This document shows positions 1-12,413 of a stretch of 64,000 nt of DNA, in pieces (the stretch's first letter is position 1; every line of letters begins with the position of its first letter). This DNA is from Dicyema japonicum (taxonomy: Eukaryota > Animalia > Dicyemida). A program made the position numbers and the translations under genes. Under the pieces are notes generated by a model. That model saw only the letters and a program-made list of their open reading frames with translations, ran no database searches and was not told where the DNA came from. The DNA is taken from positions 1,099,071 through 1,163,070 of the forward strand of contig RDEW01000003.1 in the NCBI GenBank assembly GCA_011109175.1, given 5' to 3'.

Positions 1-823
1 TCATTGTGGCTATTGTGTTATTAAGCTTTGGAGTTGCACGATATGGCATTTTACATCCAAATAGTCATCCATCGATGCTCATCATCCGAGATATTCTATT
101 TCAGCCATATTTCATGCTGTATGGGGAACTTTTTGCTGATCAAATTGATCGTTACTATTTTACTCATTTTAGCTAATTGTGGTGATGCTTGTGTTGCTGG
201 GCGGTGGTTGTCCCCATTCATTATGTCACTCTATTTGATTGTCGCTAACATTCTTCTCATTAATTCACTCATTGCTGTTTTTAAGTATTTTTATTTTCAT
301 TTTAGTAATACTTTTGCACGTGTCTACAAATTATCAAACAAAGTTGGAAATTCAAACGTTATTTGCTAACCATTGAATATGAACAAAAATCAACATTTCC
401 TCCCCCATTTAACATGCTTTCGTTAACGAGGACGATTATATACAAATATTTTAATAACTCGTCTAAGAACAGATTGGACAGTGGACTAAGTTATTTCATT
501 TTTAATTTTTAGAATTATTTCTAACGCCTGATGAAATTGAAAAAATACAAGATTTCGAGGAAGAATGTGTCGATGATTATTACAGAGCCGAGGATAGAAA
601 GAAGAAGAAATCAGTCGAACAGAGAATAAGAAAAATCAAAAAAAGGTATTTCATTTATTAACAAAGACTTCGGTATATTGAAGATTTTAAATTCAAACAA
701 AATTTACCACGTCAAAAAAAAATTACAGAAAATTCATTTCAGAGGCAAATTGTAAATAAAAATATTATTGCAGTACCAAGTAGTCCACGATCGAATAATC
801 AAAAAATCACGGAAGCTGATTGA
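1..823 (+). CDS. TRPM: TRPM-family cation channel, 3' part (S6, TRP box, coiled coil); 5' end lies outside the window
   Basis: [26 protein letters not shown]|NNTFARV after removing a 21-nt intron (285-305). [16 protein letters not shown] and [25 protein letters not shown] match the TRPM C-terminal region. Confidence 0.85.
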
Positions 824-1089
824 GACTGTAATCGTCGATATCCTCATTAATATTTTTAACCAAGTAAATATCTCTTTTTTATATTTATCGACTTATAAAC
901 TCTTGTCGGTATTTTTTGTCACAGTTGTGATGAATTTTTGATGATTCTCAACGTCCAGTCACTTTCCTGCATTTACGCGGTACCTTTCACTTTCGAAAAA
1001 TTGCGGGAGTGAAGTCCATGAGCGGTCATTTAGTAGACATCTTTCCTTCTCTTCTTAATCAAAAAAGTGATTCACAACATTTTTTTAAA

Positions 1090-1340
1090 GTAAAATCAGT
1101 TAATGACAACAATCTTCGATAGAGATTCCAGAAGAATCCTATCGCAAATCAGCTCCGGACATTTTCACCCCTGTGACGGATCAGAGTTGACCAGCTTGGG
1201 GATATCATCAATCAAACCTTCTCCAGACCTTGACCACTAATAACACCAAGGACTTATGGGAGCACCCAACACTATTTGCTGTACGCTTGATGGCACCGGC
1301 CTCTTACATGTTATTGAGGTTGGGGCGACTAACTAACTAA
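1090..1340 (+). mobile_element. 3' end of an I/Jockey-like LINE with a (TAAC)n tail
   Basis: Homologous to the reverse complement of 10890-11110 (ATCGCAAAT..GCTCCGGACATTTTCACC..GGATCAGAGTT). Ends in GACTAACTAACTAA. Confidence 0.65.
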
Positions 1341-1900
1341 TCAAAAATACAGCGACGGTTTAGATTGCCAAATTGTCCCTTTGTAGTTTCGTAAAGAAGT
1401 ATGGTGGCAACAATGAGGGATATAAAGAGTTCTTGTAATGTTCGAAGCGGCCTTTATAAGTAGAATTTTTTGGCTAGAAGATAGCTTGTTCTTTACACCT
1501 GTTCCGAAAGTCATCAGGGAGTCGAAAGTGACTCTCAATATTTTTACGTTTTTGGAGCATGGGTTTTGTTTCTCATTTATTGTCAAGGAGTGTGTAGAAT
1601 ACGTATTAAAGCAGTGCATGACTTTGTAGTGCAGGTCTGACTTGGGCGATCGAGTACTGATCTCTAGAAGCAGTAAAAATGCCGTCAGCGTAAGTCAATA
1701 TTAAGCTATCTTCTCTGATTGGGGGGAAAATGCTCAAGAATAAGTTAAACAAAATCGCTGACATGAGATCCTTGCGTTAGGCAGTATTGAATTAGCAACA
1801 TTTTTCTTCTGCAACTGCAAAAGTTAGCAATCCATTTTAGAGTTTTCTTGGGATATCCGATGCATAGATCTTTCCTGTCAGTAACTTTCTATGAACTGAG
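1341..1900 (-). mobile_element. Degenerate non-LTR reverse transcriptase fragment
   Basis: Residual motifs ILTYADGI (decayed YADD) and KNVKILRVTFDSLMTF (RT domain 7); broken by stops and frameshifts. Confidence 0.7.
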
Positions 1901-2009
1901 TCAAAATCCTTTTGTATGTTAATTGAACATAAAAGCATAATTCCAATCAATTATAAATATACCACGTACCTCTATACCACGTCCTATCTTGGACAAATAT
2001 AAGGAAAAT

Positions 2010-2230
2010 TGAGGAAATGCAAAAGAGGCTTACAGAGTAACAAAGCTCTGGAGGCCCTTGTGAGACTAGACTCCAGATCACGGAAAGGTGGCCCTGAAAA
2101 TTCAAGCAGCCGTCGTGTACGTTCATGCGCGGGCACGAAGGAAGAACATAGGCAAAGTAAGGTCTCTGTTAGAATGCATCGGCATCACGTGATAATTAGT
2201 TTGGTTTTGTGGTCTTGGGTTAAATAAATA
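2010..2230 (+). mobile_element. LINE 3'-terminal remnant (I-group-like; ORF ends ...LLECIGIT*)
   Basis: Aligns by eye with 4780-4975 and with 41640-41900 (- strand); followed by an A-rich tract. Confidence 0.55.
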
Positions 2231-2949
2231 AAAAAAATTTCGTAAGTGCCTATTTTGTTTTATGATGGATGAGAATCTTCGTCTTCCTTTTTTCCTAGTC
2301 GGATCGATTTCCAGTGGAGGTCTAGCTGCCCTGACATTAATTCCTTAGCAATGAACATTCGATATTGGGCATTCCAATCTTTCTGATAGGAGAATGCCAT
2401 AGTCCTATTAACTCCATCTTGTTTTAGAAATAATAGTATGTCCGGTTAGTAATATTATGGAAAGTTTTTTTTTAATTTTTATGGTGGTTATCTGTATCTT
2501 TTCTTTTTTTCGTAGCAAATCAAAATTGCATACAAAACATTACTGGCTGGACACGGGTATTAGACAGAAATAATTCTACTGTCACCACAGAGTAATATGC
2601 AGTCTCAAAATTTCCAGTCTTGACGTAGGATATGTGCCGTAGTCATTTTTAACTGTAATCTTAAGATTTAATAGAAAATATGCTCTCCCATCTGAACAGA
2701 TATGTATTGACCTCCCGTTTTTCAGTTGATTATTCGCTGAGATTATTGCACATTCAATGTTTATTCCTGGAGTTCCTTTATATATTTGAAAGGAATTTCA
2801 TTGGAGCACGAGTGAACGGTAATATTGGCTTTGTCGACAACATTAACCCATTTTCTCTTTCCAATCCAACATCTTGGAAATAGTTCCAGTCAGAGTAAGG
2901 TTGAATCCTTCCAAAATTTCTTGTGATTTAGGATTTTACCTTACGCACG

Positions 2950-3120
2950 ATAATTATTAAACGCACATTCACAGAACCAAGAATGTTGTATTAACAAAGG
3001 TGCCGTCTGTTCCATATGATCCAAGATTTTCCTTACCAGACGTCTCAGCGGGCTCTGCCCATGACACGCGACCCTAGATCTTCTAGATCGTCTTGACATT
3101 CCAAATTTTTTCCGATCCAA
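2950..3120 (-). mobile_element. RTE LINE 3' end
   Basis: LEDLGSRVMGRAR motif and GGTTCTGTGAA.GTGCGTTT(AAT)n end, shared with 25475-25620. Confidence 0.6.
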
Positions 3121-4389
3121 AGACCCTACAAAAAATTGTAAATCTAAAAAAATTAAATAGCTAAAAAACCTACATGAACACAAAAATACAGCGCATACAC
3201 AGAGCAATATTACCTATAGCTTCACCCATGCAGGATATGAACATCAATGACAGCTAAAAACCATTTGTAATGAAAGTCTATACTGGATCACTGGTATCGA
3301 GTAAATGAAAAAAATACGTGAAACATGCATTTCTAACAATTGGCAATCACTCCTAAATAATGACTTCTTGATACAAATAGAACTGGTTGCATAAGTTCTG
3401 AATCCTGTTCATTCCTCTATGGGCTTATTTGTGAAGTGCCTTCACTATCATCCGCGTTTCACTTTTATTTGATTGAGCGAAACAAACTTTTACAATTCCT
3501 GATTTTAAGTACAGCTTTTCAGTTTTATGGAGAAATTTTTTCATTTTTTAAATTTTATATCTCTTCAGTTTCGACAATTTGGTAACGGAATTCCCATTAA
3601 TACATTTTTGAGATGTCACGGGTCTAATGGGTGTCTCGATCGATATTTTAAAAATTTTAAAATACAATCAGTCTTATTTTGGTTTTAAATAATAAATATA
3701 ACTTTTTTTAATGATCTTCACATTCTTTCTACTTTTTCAATCTCCAAAAAAGACATCACCGGGACACAGTGAGAGGATCCCTTTGAATTTGGGTGCTTGT
3801 GTTGCAACACTCTACCAGCAAACCATCGCGCCGGATGTAAGGTATGCCTATGTTGCGCAGATTCGCTTTATCGGAGACTAAGAACCACATAATCAATTCA
3901 AAATACTGAACAACTATGTGCTGGCCCCCATACTGGATCAACAGTCACTCCCTTACTTCGGAAGCTAAGACCTGTAGTTGCGGATCCTGATTTTTTCGCG
4001 TCTGTGAAAAAGATGGAAACCCGCTTCGTCTGTCATTTCGAAGGCAAAAAGAACCGATTAGTACAAAACTTTCCTTTCCCAGTCAGATTCCTCTGCAGGA
4101 ACGAGAGGTTTCGAATTGTGGTGGATAGTCATTAAAATCGAATAGAAAAACCTTTTTTGATTCTTATTTCAAGAAATAGAGCGAAACACAGATATTGGGA
4201 TCACATAATTGGGGGATAACTTTATCCCTTCTTTTTATTTTCCGTGGTTAATAATAGTCGTTTGTATTATTTCAACAAATATTTTGTTTTAGAAAAATAA
4301 AAGTATCTCTACCTCCAAAACTCAAATTTTGAAACTCACTAGTACATTCGGAGATCAGAGTACACAATTAGCGACGGCCGCGTGGTACT

Positions 4390-4975
4390 ATGTGCTACCT
4401 GATTGAAGATTTCTCTTCCTTCTCTCAACATCATTTGATCCACCTGACTGAGGAAACGTCCAATGCCTGGCAGGCATTCAAAAAGATCCGTCTATTCATT
4501 CTACTGGAAGACAATTTCGTTTCTTGGCGACGAGTTTTGGAATCGACCTCATTTCCAGGGGCAACGTCCTATGGATCACTGTGCTTGGGTGAGGGTTCTG
4601 CTGGAACGCGTCAGGATCAAGGAATTAGTTAGTTTGGTTTACTCTGGGTCTTTGGAATAAGCTAATAAAGAGTGCAAAATAATATTTACACAACACTAAA
4701 GAATAAGATTACACAATTTGTTAGTGATCCCTTGGATTTAGGAGTACCGCTTTCAGAGTAACGGAGCGTTGGATTTGTGGAGATCACCGGACCGACGCCT
4801 CTGGAGGCCCTCATGAGACTAAATTCCAGAATGCGGGAATTTAGCCCCTAAATTCAGACAGGTGTCCTGTACGATCATGCGAGGACACGGGGGAGAAACA
4901 CCGGGAAAAGATGAGGTCACTGTTGGAACATATTGGGATCACGTGAAAATTAGTTTTGTTTTACCGTGGTCTTGG
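4390..4975 (+). mobile_element. Two adjacent I-group-like LINE 3' remnants (4390-4660 and 4780-4975)
   Basis: YLIEDFS / GNVQCLAGIQK segment shared with 16520-16680 and 52440-52700. The second piece is homologous to 2010-2230. Confidence 0.55.
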
Positions 4976-5227
4976 ATGTCAAACTGTGTAATTTATCACC
5001 GCGGAACCGGATTGTCCCAGGGACTCTCGGTGTCTCGATGTCTTGGATTAATTGGCATAACTATTCTTTACTTTTTAAAGTGTGAATTCTGCCTATCCTG
5101 AGGTTGAAGTGATGAAAACACTACTCCTCGACGGAAGGGCTGAATTAAATTTTTTAAATTAGTGTTTCAAAAAATATATTAAAATAATCAAAATTCAACA
5201 GAAATAGAGATAATCAATAGAAAGCAC

Positions 5228-5667
5228 CTACCTGCGCTCTCTGCTTCGTCTTCCATCGGAGTAATACACTAATCTCCAGAAGACTAAGAAATAATAAATC
5301 AAGACAACCGAATCAATCCTGGGAGTAGCATAACGACTACCAATAAGTTTCTTTCCATCTTGCCCAGTCACGTTGAATGCCTCGAGCCTTTTATCAGTCC
5401 ACCTCAACTCAAACTGTACAAGTTCCCCATCTTTCAAACTCCGAGTATTATTTTGTGCAATCTCCCCTATATTAGTCTATCATCTCATTATTAAGATAAC
5501 CACGTGCACATACACATCCTCATACTTGTCAGCCCTATTGTATACCTTCAATGGTACCTTTCTATAAATCCAAATCCTTTATTCACATTAAACCACAGTA
5601 CACGTCCAGTAAAGATTTTGGGATCTTTCTCATAATAACACAACTAACTTGAACAATCACCCGACAT
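5228..5667 (-). CDS. YBX: Y-box / cold-shock-domain protein (3' end uncertain)
   Basis: Spliced through 24-, 23- and 24-nt introns: MSGDCSNPKIFTGRVLWFNVNKGFGFIERADKYEDVYVHVTNIGEIAQNNTRSLKDGELVQFELRWTDKRLEAFNVTGQDGKKLIGSRYA. RNP1 and RNP2 motifs are present. Confidence 0.85.
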
Positions 5668-5864
5668 TACTTTGTTATGTAATTATACTATTTATTATCA
5701 TTAGGTTAACCAGTCTATAATTCATTAAAGAAACTACAAAGAAATCCAAAACTACCGCGAAACATGCATTGGAGATATCACTGTGATAAAGACACGAATA
5801 ACTAATGTGCTTTACTGTTATTAACCCTGGATACGGCGAGAAATAAGTAAACATTTAACAACTA

Positions 5865-6140
5865 ATTAAGTGTATCCAGTTTTCACTATCACAGAAACAG
5901 AGTCCTTTAAAGTCAAGTCCATAAAACCGGAATAAAGGTAAAATACTTCCTTTTTTGAAGTTGTGGAAACCCCTCTTTTTTTGAAGTTGTGGAATGGGAG
6001 AGCAAATATCCTTTTTCGTCTACCCTGGAGCAGAACGCCACCTGAGATAGGTGAATCACACGACGCCACTTTAATAGAAAAAGGGAGGAAGAGGAATAGA
6101 CGAAACAAAGAGATATGTTCAATCAAGTAGCCACATGGTA
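5865..6140 (-). mobile_element. LINE 3' remnant of the same family as 63690-63910, 51720-51970 and 42290-42340
   Basis: Shared TGTGAT..CCT.TCTCAGGTGGCG...GACGAAAA...GGGGTTTCCACAACT...AACTGGATACAC block and YLIE motif. Confidence 0.6.
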
Positions 6141-6735
6141 CCACGATAACGTAGTTACCACGCAGCATAAATATTTGAGTTTGTGCTTTGATAAGTAATG
6201 AGAAGGGCAATTTTTGCCATAAAATTCAAATTTTCAGGGAAGGCTTTTTTATTAATGAGTTGAATCCCCCGCCTATTTAACCAACAATAAAAAGTTAATA
6301 TTTAATAATCAACAACCTTCCTCGCCTGCCTGCTCGCTAACCTCCTCAGGCAGGTTCGATTTTGGTTGCTGAAATAACTCTGAGAGCACCTCGTCCAATT
6401 AAACCTTCTGCCCATGTGGCATCTCAGGGCTCTGCCTCCTATACTCCAGTGTCAGGCTCTCTAGGGCCCGCTTTAATACAGTGGAAAGTAAATAGGCCTG
6501 GAGTTTCCTCTTTTTTAGATAACCCTTGTGGTACTTTGTTGCAATTCCTTCTTACGTCATTACTTTTGAAAAAAATTTATTTGGTCGATTTATAAATTTT
6601 CTGATAGTTATAGGCTTTCCCGACCTTTAGTGTCACTATATTTTTAAGGAGCAAAAATCAAACCATAAATGTAAGAAATTATTCCATGCTTTACCCGATC
6701 AATAGCGCCACTGACCCGATCATTAACGTTTGTGC

Positions 6736-7832
6736 CAGGGTTGTTGAAAATCATGATTTTTATGAAAAAAATCGAAAAATCTGATTTTTTGAGTTAAATG
6801 ATTTTTTTCGGAAACAAAGTAAAATAAAAACAATGTAAATCGTATTTATTTATTTAAAAGCGTGTAAACAAAGACAAGTTTGGCAGCTTTTTCAATTCCC
6901 AGCCTATTTCGTACATTTGAATGTAAAAATCCAAAAGTCGAAAAAATTCGTTCTATTCCACCTGTGTAAGCAACTGCTCCAATAATTTTTTTGCAGAGTG
7001 AAATTACTTCAGAAGGTAACTGGTAAGAGTTCGACTCCCACCAAGCTATAGGTGATACTTTGCTCAATAAATTCGGAGCGAACATGTATAGTTTGAATGG
7101 ATTAATCAGAGTCGGAAGAGCATATTCATAATGTTCAGCACAATACTCCAAGGCGAGGTCAATCTCAGCAGTTGAAAGAGATCGCCCACAACGTGTTGGG
7201 TCCTTAGATTAGCAAGTAAGTGGAAAGGTGTCAATGGGAAGGTGTTAATGCTTGATCTTCACTTTTTCTAAAATAGTCGTACATTCATTTTTTAAGAAAA
7301 ATTAAATTCATAGTTAATATAAGTCTGTTCAAGTTCTTTCCAAATTTCTACAGCATGAATAATAGTCGTAGAATCATTTTGAAACGATACCCAGGAAAAG
7401 CATTTGGACGAATTTGACAAATTCCAGATGTTCTACAGCAGCAAAAGAAGTGTTACTGGAATATACTATCTAGCGAGTTGCATATCAATCAAATTTTTCT
7501 TCGATGACGTCATCGTAGTAACGAAATTGATTAAAGACTGGTCCCTCATCTTGAGAGGAATTCGCTGATCAAATCACTTTCAGGTTTCGACTGATTTTCA
7601 GGGATATCAATATTAATTCGACACAACAAATGATGCTGCCTCATCTAAGATACGAGACCTTGTATCTCCTTCCTCAATTAAGGCATCTGGCTCGACTCCC
7701 GGTCTTTCCAGGAATAATACGTTTATCGAACTGAACCCACAAGGCATCATGCTTTCTTCCAGACATTAACAAAATTTGATTTTTTTAATGATTTAAATCA
7801 TTGATTTTTTTGATTAAAATCAAACAACCCTG
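6736..7832 (-). mobile_element. Non-autonomous hAT DNA transposon (about 1.1 kb)
   Basis: TIRs CAGGGTTG...CAACCCTG; perfect 8-bp TSD GTTTGTGC (6728-6735 and 7833-7840). hAT dimerisation-domain remnant PIAWWESN...GGIERIFSTFGFLHSNVRNRLGIEKAAKLVF at 6846-7151. Confidence 0.9.
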
Positions 7833-7879
7833 GTTTGTGCCCTCCAAATCCATTCTCCAATCGTCGATTACAGGCTTTC

Positions 7880-8040
7880 ATAGCCTTGTCGTACCATCCT
7901 CTTCTATTTTCATCACACGTCCTACCGCTGCGGACATCACTTCATTCTTAAGCTTAAGAGTTTTCATAATGGTAATCTTCACCAGTAGGGCTAATCTGGA
8001 AGAAGGATCCCTTTTAACAAATTTATCGTACCAGAAAGAC
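7880..8040. repeat. Dispersed repeat of about 150 bp; second copy at 13850-14000
   Basis: Shared TTCTATTTTCATCACACGTCCTACCG...ATCACTTCATTCTT...GTTTTCATAATG...ATCTTCAC...GATCCCTTTT. Confidence 0.6.
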
Positions 8041-8264
8041 TTGTAGTTTCACGGGTGAGGTCCGGCTGACGAGAATTGACCTTCACTGACAAGTCCATTT
8101 TTCGAATTCGAACCCAAGACAGTCGATCCAAAGTCATTAGAAGTCATCAAGAAGGACATTAGGTTTAAATTTTTAAATTTGTTTTTTAATATTAATAAAA
8201 TTTTATTATAAAATTAAATAAATATTAATAATAAATTTTAATTAACATAAAATAAACTTAATAA

Positions 8265-10515
8265 ATGGACTTTATGTGTGAATACGAAACTTTTATGGAC
8301 AGTCCTCTTCTAAAACTCGTTTTCTTAGAGAAATTATAAATTAGGTCCATTTAATCAAAAATGGAGATCAAAGTTTTGATGAAATTTCAAAACCCCAATA
8401 TATTTGGGAATTATTGGACATTTTGTAACCCTCACAGTTAATAAAATAGACAAGAATCTCCACCAAGCAGTTTTTCCGTCATAGACTGGAAAACGGTTAT
8501 AACTCGGATTCATTGCATTTATCAGGTAAGCGGGAAAATAATAATGTCTAAGGATTTCAACGAACTCATCATTGATTTGTGTCCATTAATCACAGCAGAC
8601 ATGCCTCTAAGTTGCTAGGATAATCATTGATTCTGTTAGATCAATTGATTGATGAGTTACGGAAAATATTTCTGCTAATTGTCGGAATCTCCATTAAGGG
8701 GAAGCACAGCCAGTTTTTGGTTGATAAAATAAGCTCAATGAGCAACAGCGACCAACTAGACCTAATGGACGACATCAGACAAGTTCATTGTGCTTACTTA
8801 CAGAAGCTAACCGACTTTCCGTCAAATATAGTGAATATCAGTCAAATCTGCAACGACGAGTTCATCTCCTCGGATTTATTTTTTAAATTGTCAGAGCAGT
8901 TATGTGATGCCCGAAATTGCTTATTTCAAGTATTTATCGATTTTTATTGGAAGTTAATGATGGAAAAATCCACCGCCGAAAAATCCACGGAAATGGCAAA
9001 AATGAAAATAAGCGTGAAATTTTGAATATTTCAGAGAAATTTGAAATGTACTTTAATTCGTGTTATTTCACCAGAGAACGGTTAAAGATGAGAAATGACG
9101 ATTTGGAAACTGAATTGAGTGAAGTCGAACGGATAAACGAACAGCTTCACAAGAAAGTAAGTAAATTTTACATTTTTCGAACATTTTGGATAAATGATAA
9201 TTTACATTTTGGTTAGAATGTAGAACTCATAGCCTTGTCGTACCAATCGAGATATTTCAAAGACGAGATAGATTTGCTGCAAGAAAAAATTATCGGCCTG
9301 ATTGAGAGTAAGAACGAGAATTTTCGCTTGAAGGAGCAAAACGAAAACCTAAAAAAGTGCAACATCGCCATCAAAGTAAAAAATATATTTAAATAGAAAC
9401 AACTCTCAAAATTGGAGAGAGAAGTCCAAGAAAACAAGGACTGTCATGAAAAGTCGCTCAAAGTCAGGGAAACTGAAAAAATCAAGCAGCAGTCTCTGCA
9501 ACTCGTAAAGTTAAAGCGGCAAATTCGAGACATGACCACTGTAGGAGCATGATTTTGATTCCCAGGAGAGAAACGAATTGTACGAAGCATTAAAAAAGAC
9601 GTCAGAGGACCTCACTGTCTACAAACTGAAGGACTCGGACCCCATTAAATTTTCATCCCACATAAACACTGAGCTGAGTGTAGAAATTGTGATGAAAGCA
9701 ACGTGAATGCTATTTTTACGCTTAGGAAAATTGGGGATCCAAGAACCTCAGCTCAGAAAATGTGTCGGTTGAATCGGCTAAGTTCACGTCAATGATGCCG
9801 AAAATGAAGATTCCTGGAATAATAATGAAGATTTTAGTTTAGGGAATTCTCCACGGCGATGTAACGGGCAGAAAAAAATATTGTCTATCAATGAACAGTT
9901 CGAATATAAGGAGTCACTAAACGACGTAAAAAAGACTCACCCGAAAGACCTGTTACATTCAAAAAATGAAAGAAATTGCTCAGAAAAAATAAATTCAACG
10001 TTCAATATAATCGGAGACCAAACTGTAATGGAAAAGGTGAATCCCGTGAACGAATGCATTATAGCGGAGCGAATTTGTCCGAAAGGTCACAAAGAAGTTT
10101 TTTGCAATGGATCCAAAAAATCCCGTGTTTCGAAAAATCCAAAAAACGCCGAAAACCTTGATTTTGTCAAACCCATGAGTTATGATCAGATCAGGAAAAA
10201 TATTTTGAAAAATTCTGGTGAATCGGATAACTCACAGTGACCAGTAAAATTAAAAAAATCCGAGACGTCTTTAAATTGAATGCCCTTCAGCCGAAATCAA
10301 TGTCGGATTCCAAGCTACAAGACAATCATATTTCAAATCCTCAAGAAAACAGCCAAAAAGAATGTTCCAATATTCCACGTTCAGAATTCATTCCGGTTGA
10401 AAATATCAACAAAGCTGAAATCAATTGCGAAAAATCTAAGAAAAATTACCAAAAATTTATCAATGGGAGTAACAATTCCAGTGATGAAAAATGGATTGAT
10501 TGTGGTTGCCTATAG
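8265..10515 (+). CDS. CCDC88: Divergent Girdin/Daple (CCDC88, HOOK-related) coiled-coil protein; multi-exon, 3' end uncertain
   Basis: MDFMCEYETFMDSPLLKL resembles FMTSPLVTW. DELRKIFLLIVGISI...FLVDKISSMSNSDQLDLMDDIRQV resembles the HOOK domain. ALSYQSRYFKDEIDLLQEK resembles ARMYRDELDALREK. Confidence 0.65.
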
Positions 10516-10744
10516 TGATTTCATCATCTCTAAATCAGCATTCTATTATTATTTTAAAATATGTAATCGATTATCTTATTTTGATTGAATTAAAAAATAA
10601 TTTTACTAGCATTATCATTAGTAAATACTTATATTCACATTAGCTATCCTCCAATGGTGGTGTTCCTGACAGATGGTCCTCCATGTTCTTTGATTTTCAG
10701 ACACAGGCATATTCTATTATTATTATAAGCAACTACATAGAATC

Positions 10745-11453
10745 ATATAAACTATAATTCTATTCGTGCCGCGTCTGAACAATCCTCTTAATTAGCCTTT
10801 CCCATCCCCTCCTGTCCGATGCCAAGTGCCGCAGACTACTAAGGTCTTCACCGTCCTTTAGTAGTCTGGTTACTGATCTATATTCTATAGTAGGCACAAT
10901 TGTCTGTTGACTCGACCTCACTAACATATAGGAGGCCGGATGGAGTCAACGTCCAGCTGATAGAGTTGGGTGATCCCACAAGTACCTTAGTGTCATTGAT
11001 GATATGGTACGGAGAGGATTTGATTGATGATATCCCCCAGGTGGTCAGGTGAGCCAAAACTCTGATCCTTACCAGAGGTGAAAATGTCCGGAGCGGATTT
11101 GCGATAAGATACTTCTTGAGAGTTGCTTCTGAGTTGTCTATTGGCGGAGGGGGTTGTCCAGAAGAGCGTATCATTTTAAGAGACAAATTGTCCAAGTTGA
11201 TATGAAATCATGAAATAGTCTTCTTCATGGTGGATTTTTGAGTTGGCAGGGGAAATTTCTTTAGCATTTTGCCTGTAGAAACACAATGTCTCAGATTTCT
11301 GGTTTCAGTTAGGTCATTGCAGGGGTACACAGGATTTGTTAGGTCGTTGAGGAATTGTAAGTTTCGCATAAACAGTGACCTTCGATTGGAAGAATACAGG
11401 ATTCCCAATATAGGTGATCTATAGGTGTACATCGGCTGCAACCGGAAATTCAT
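10745..11453 (-). mobile_element. Adjacent LINE remnants: RTE 3' end (10745-10880) and I/Jockey-like 3' region of the TAAC family (10890-11453)
   Basis: DLSSLRHLASDRRGWERLI is the RTE terminal motif. The remainder is homologous to 1090-1340. Confidence 0.6.
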
Positions 11454-11528
11454 TTTTTAAATAATTATTTTTTAATTACAGTTTAAAATAAATTTATTTA
11501 TTTAATATCCGTCGTGTTTAGTTCATAA

Positions 11529-12413
11529 ATGAGCCTTAAAGGACGTACCGCTTTCATTGCTGGAGCAACACGTGGAATTGGAAAGGCGATTGCATTCAAG
11601 TTGGCTGAAAATGGGGCCAATGTAATAATAGCAGGGAAAACCCAGTCCCCTCACAGATTCTTGTCGGGTACAATATTTTCTATTGCTAAAGAAAGTTCTC
11701 GACTTTTTTACTTCCTAGTAAATGAACTCCATGGCCAAGGTAGAGCTCTGGCTACTATCCTTGACGTGAGAATACAGATGACCGTGAAAAATGCGTTTTG
11801 TGCCGCGGTCAACACCTTCGGCTCTCTTGACATTCTCGTGAACAACTTCTCTGCCATAAAACTGCGAAAACTATCTGATTTGAGCTCTTCTGAGATTAAC
11901 CTAATGTTTGATACCAACATCATCGGCCCTTACAACTGGTAGTGAGTGCTAACCCACGTGGGTAGTATTAAGGAAGCAATGGGCCATTTGACTGCTTCAA
12001 AGTTTGGAGGTCACGTGGTTAACCTGTCTCCACCAATCGACTTAAGCCAAAATTGGTTCTCACATCACTCGAGTATGGATGTTTCTAATATTTCTAGTTT
12101 ATTCCCTCTCAAAGCTGGGACAGTCGATGACCACGTTCGGGCTTTCTGACGTTCTCAGGAATCACGGGATCGCGATAAACTCACTTTGGTCGAAAAATGG
12201 TATTTTTTCATTCTCAGCTCAGTGATTGATACTGGGACGTCGGAATATGTCTTTGGAAAGAATCTCAATGATTACATGTACTCAACTGATTTGATGGCTG
12301 ATGCTCTTTTAAAATTGTCTCTAAAACCCCCGCGGAATTCACGGGAAATTTCCTTTTCGCGGAAGATTTGGTTTCAGGAGAAAATGGGTCAGACTTGCAA
12401 GATTACCGATTAA
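11529..12413 (+). CDS. HSDL2: HSDL2-like short-chain dehydrogenase (SDR domain only; 3' exons approximate)
   Basis: LKGRTAFIAGATRGIGKAIAFKLAENGANVIIAGKTQSPH...GTIFSIAKE|INELHGQGRAL...FGSLDILVNNFSAI; 24-nt intron at 11695-11718. Confidence 0.85.

Noticed and set aside
3180-3540. Possible membrane-protein exons on the minus strand
   Set aside because: Could not be assembled into a continuous spliced ORF or matched to a family.
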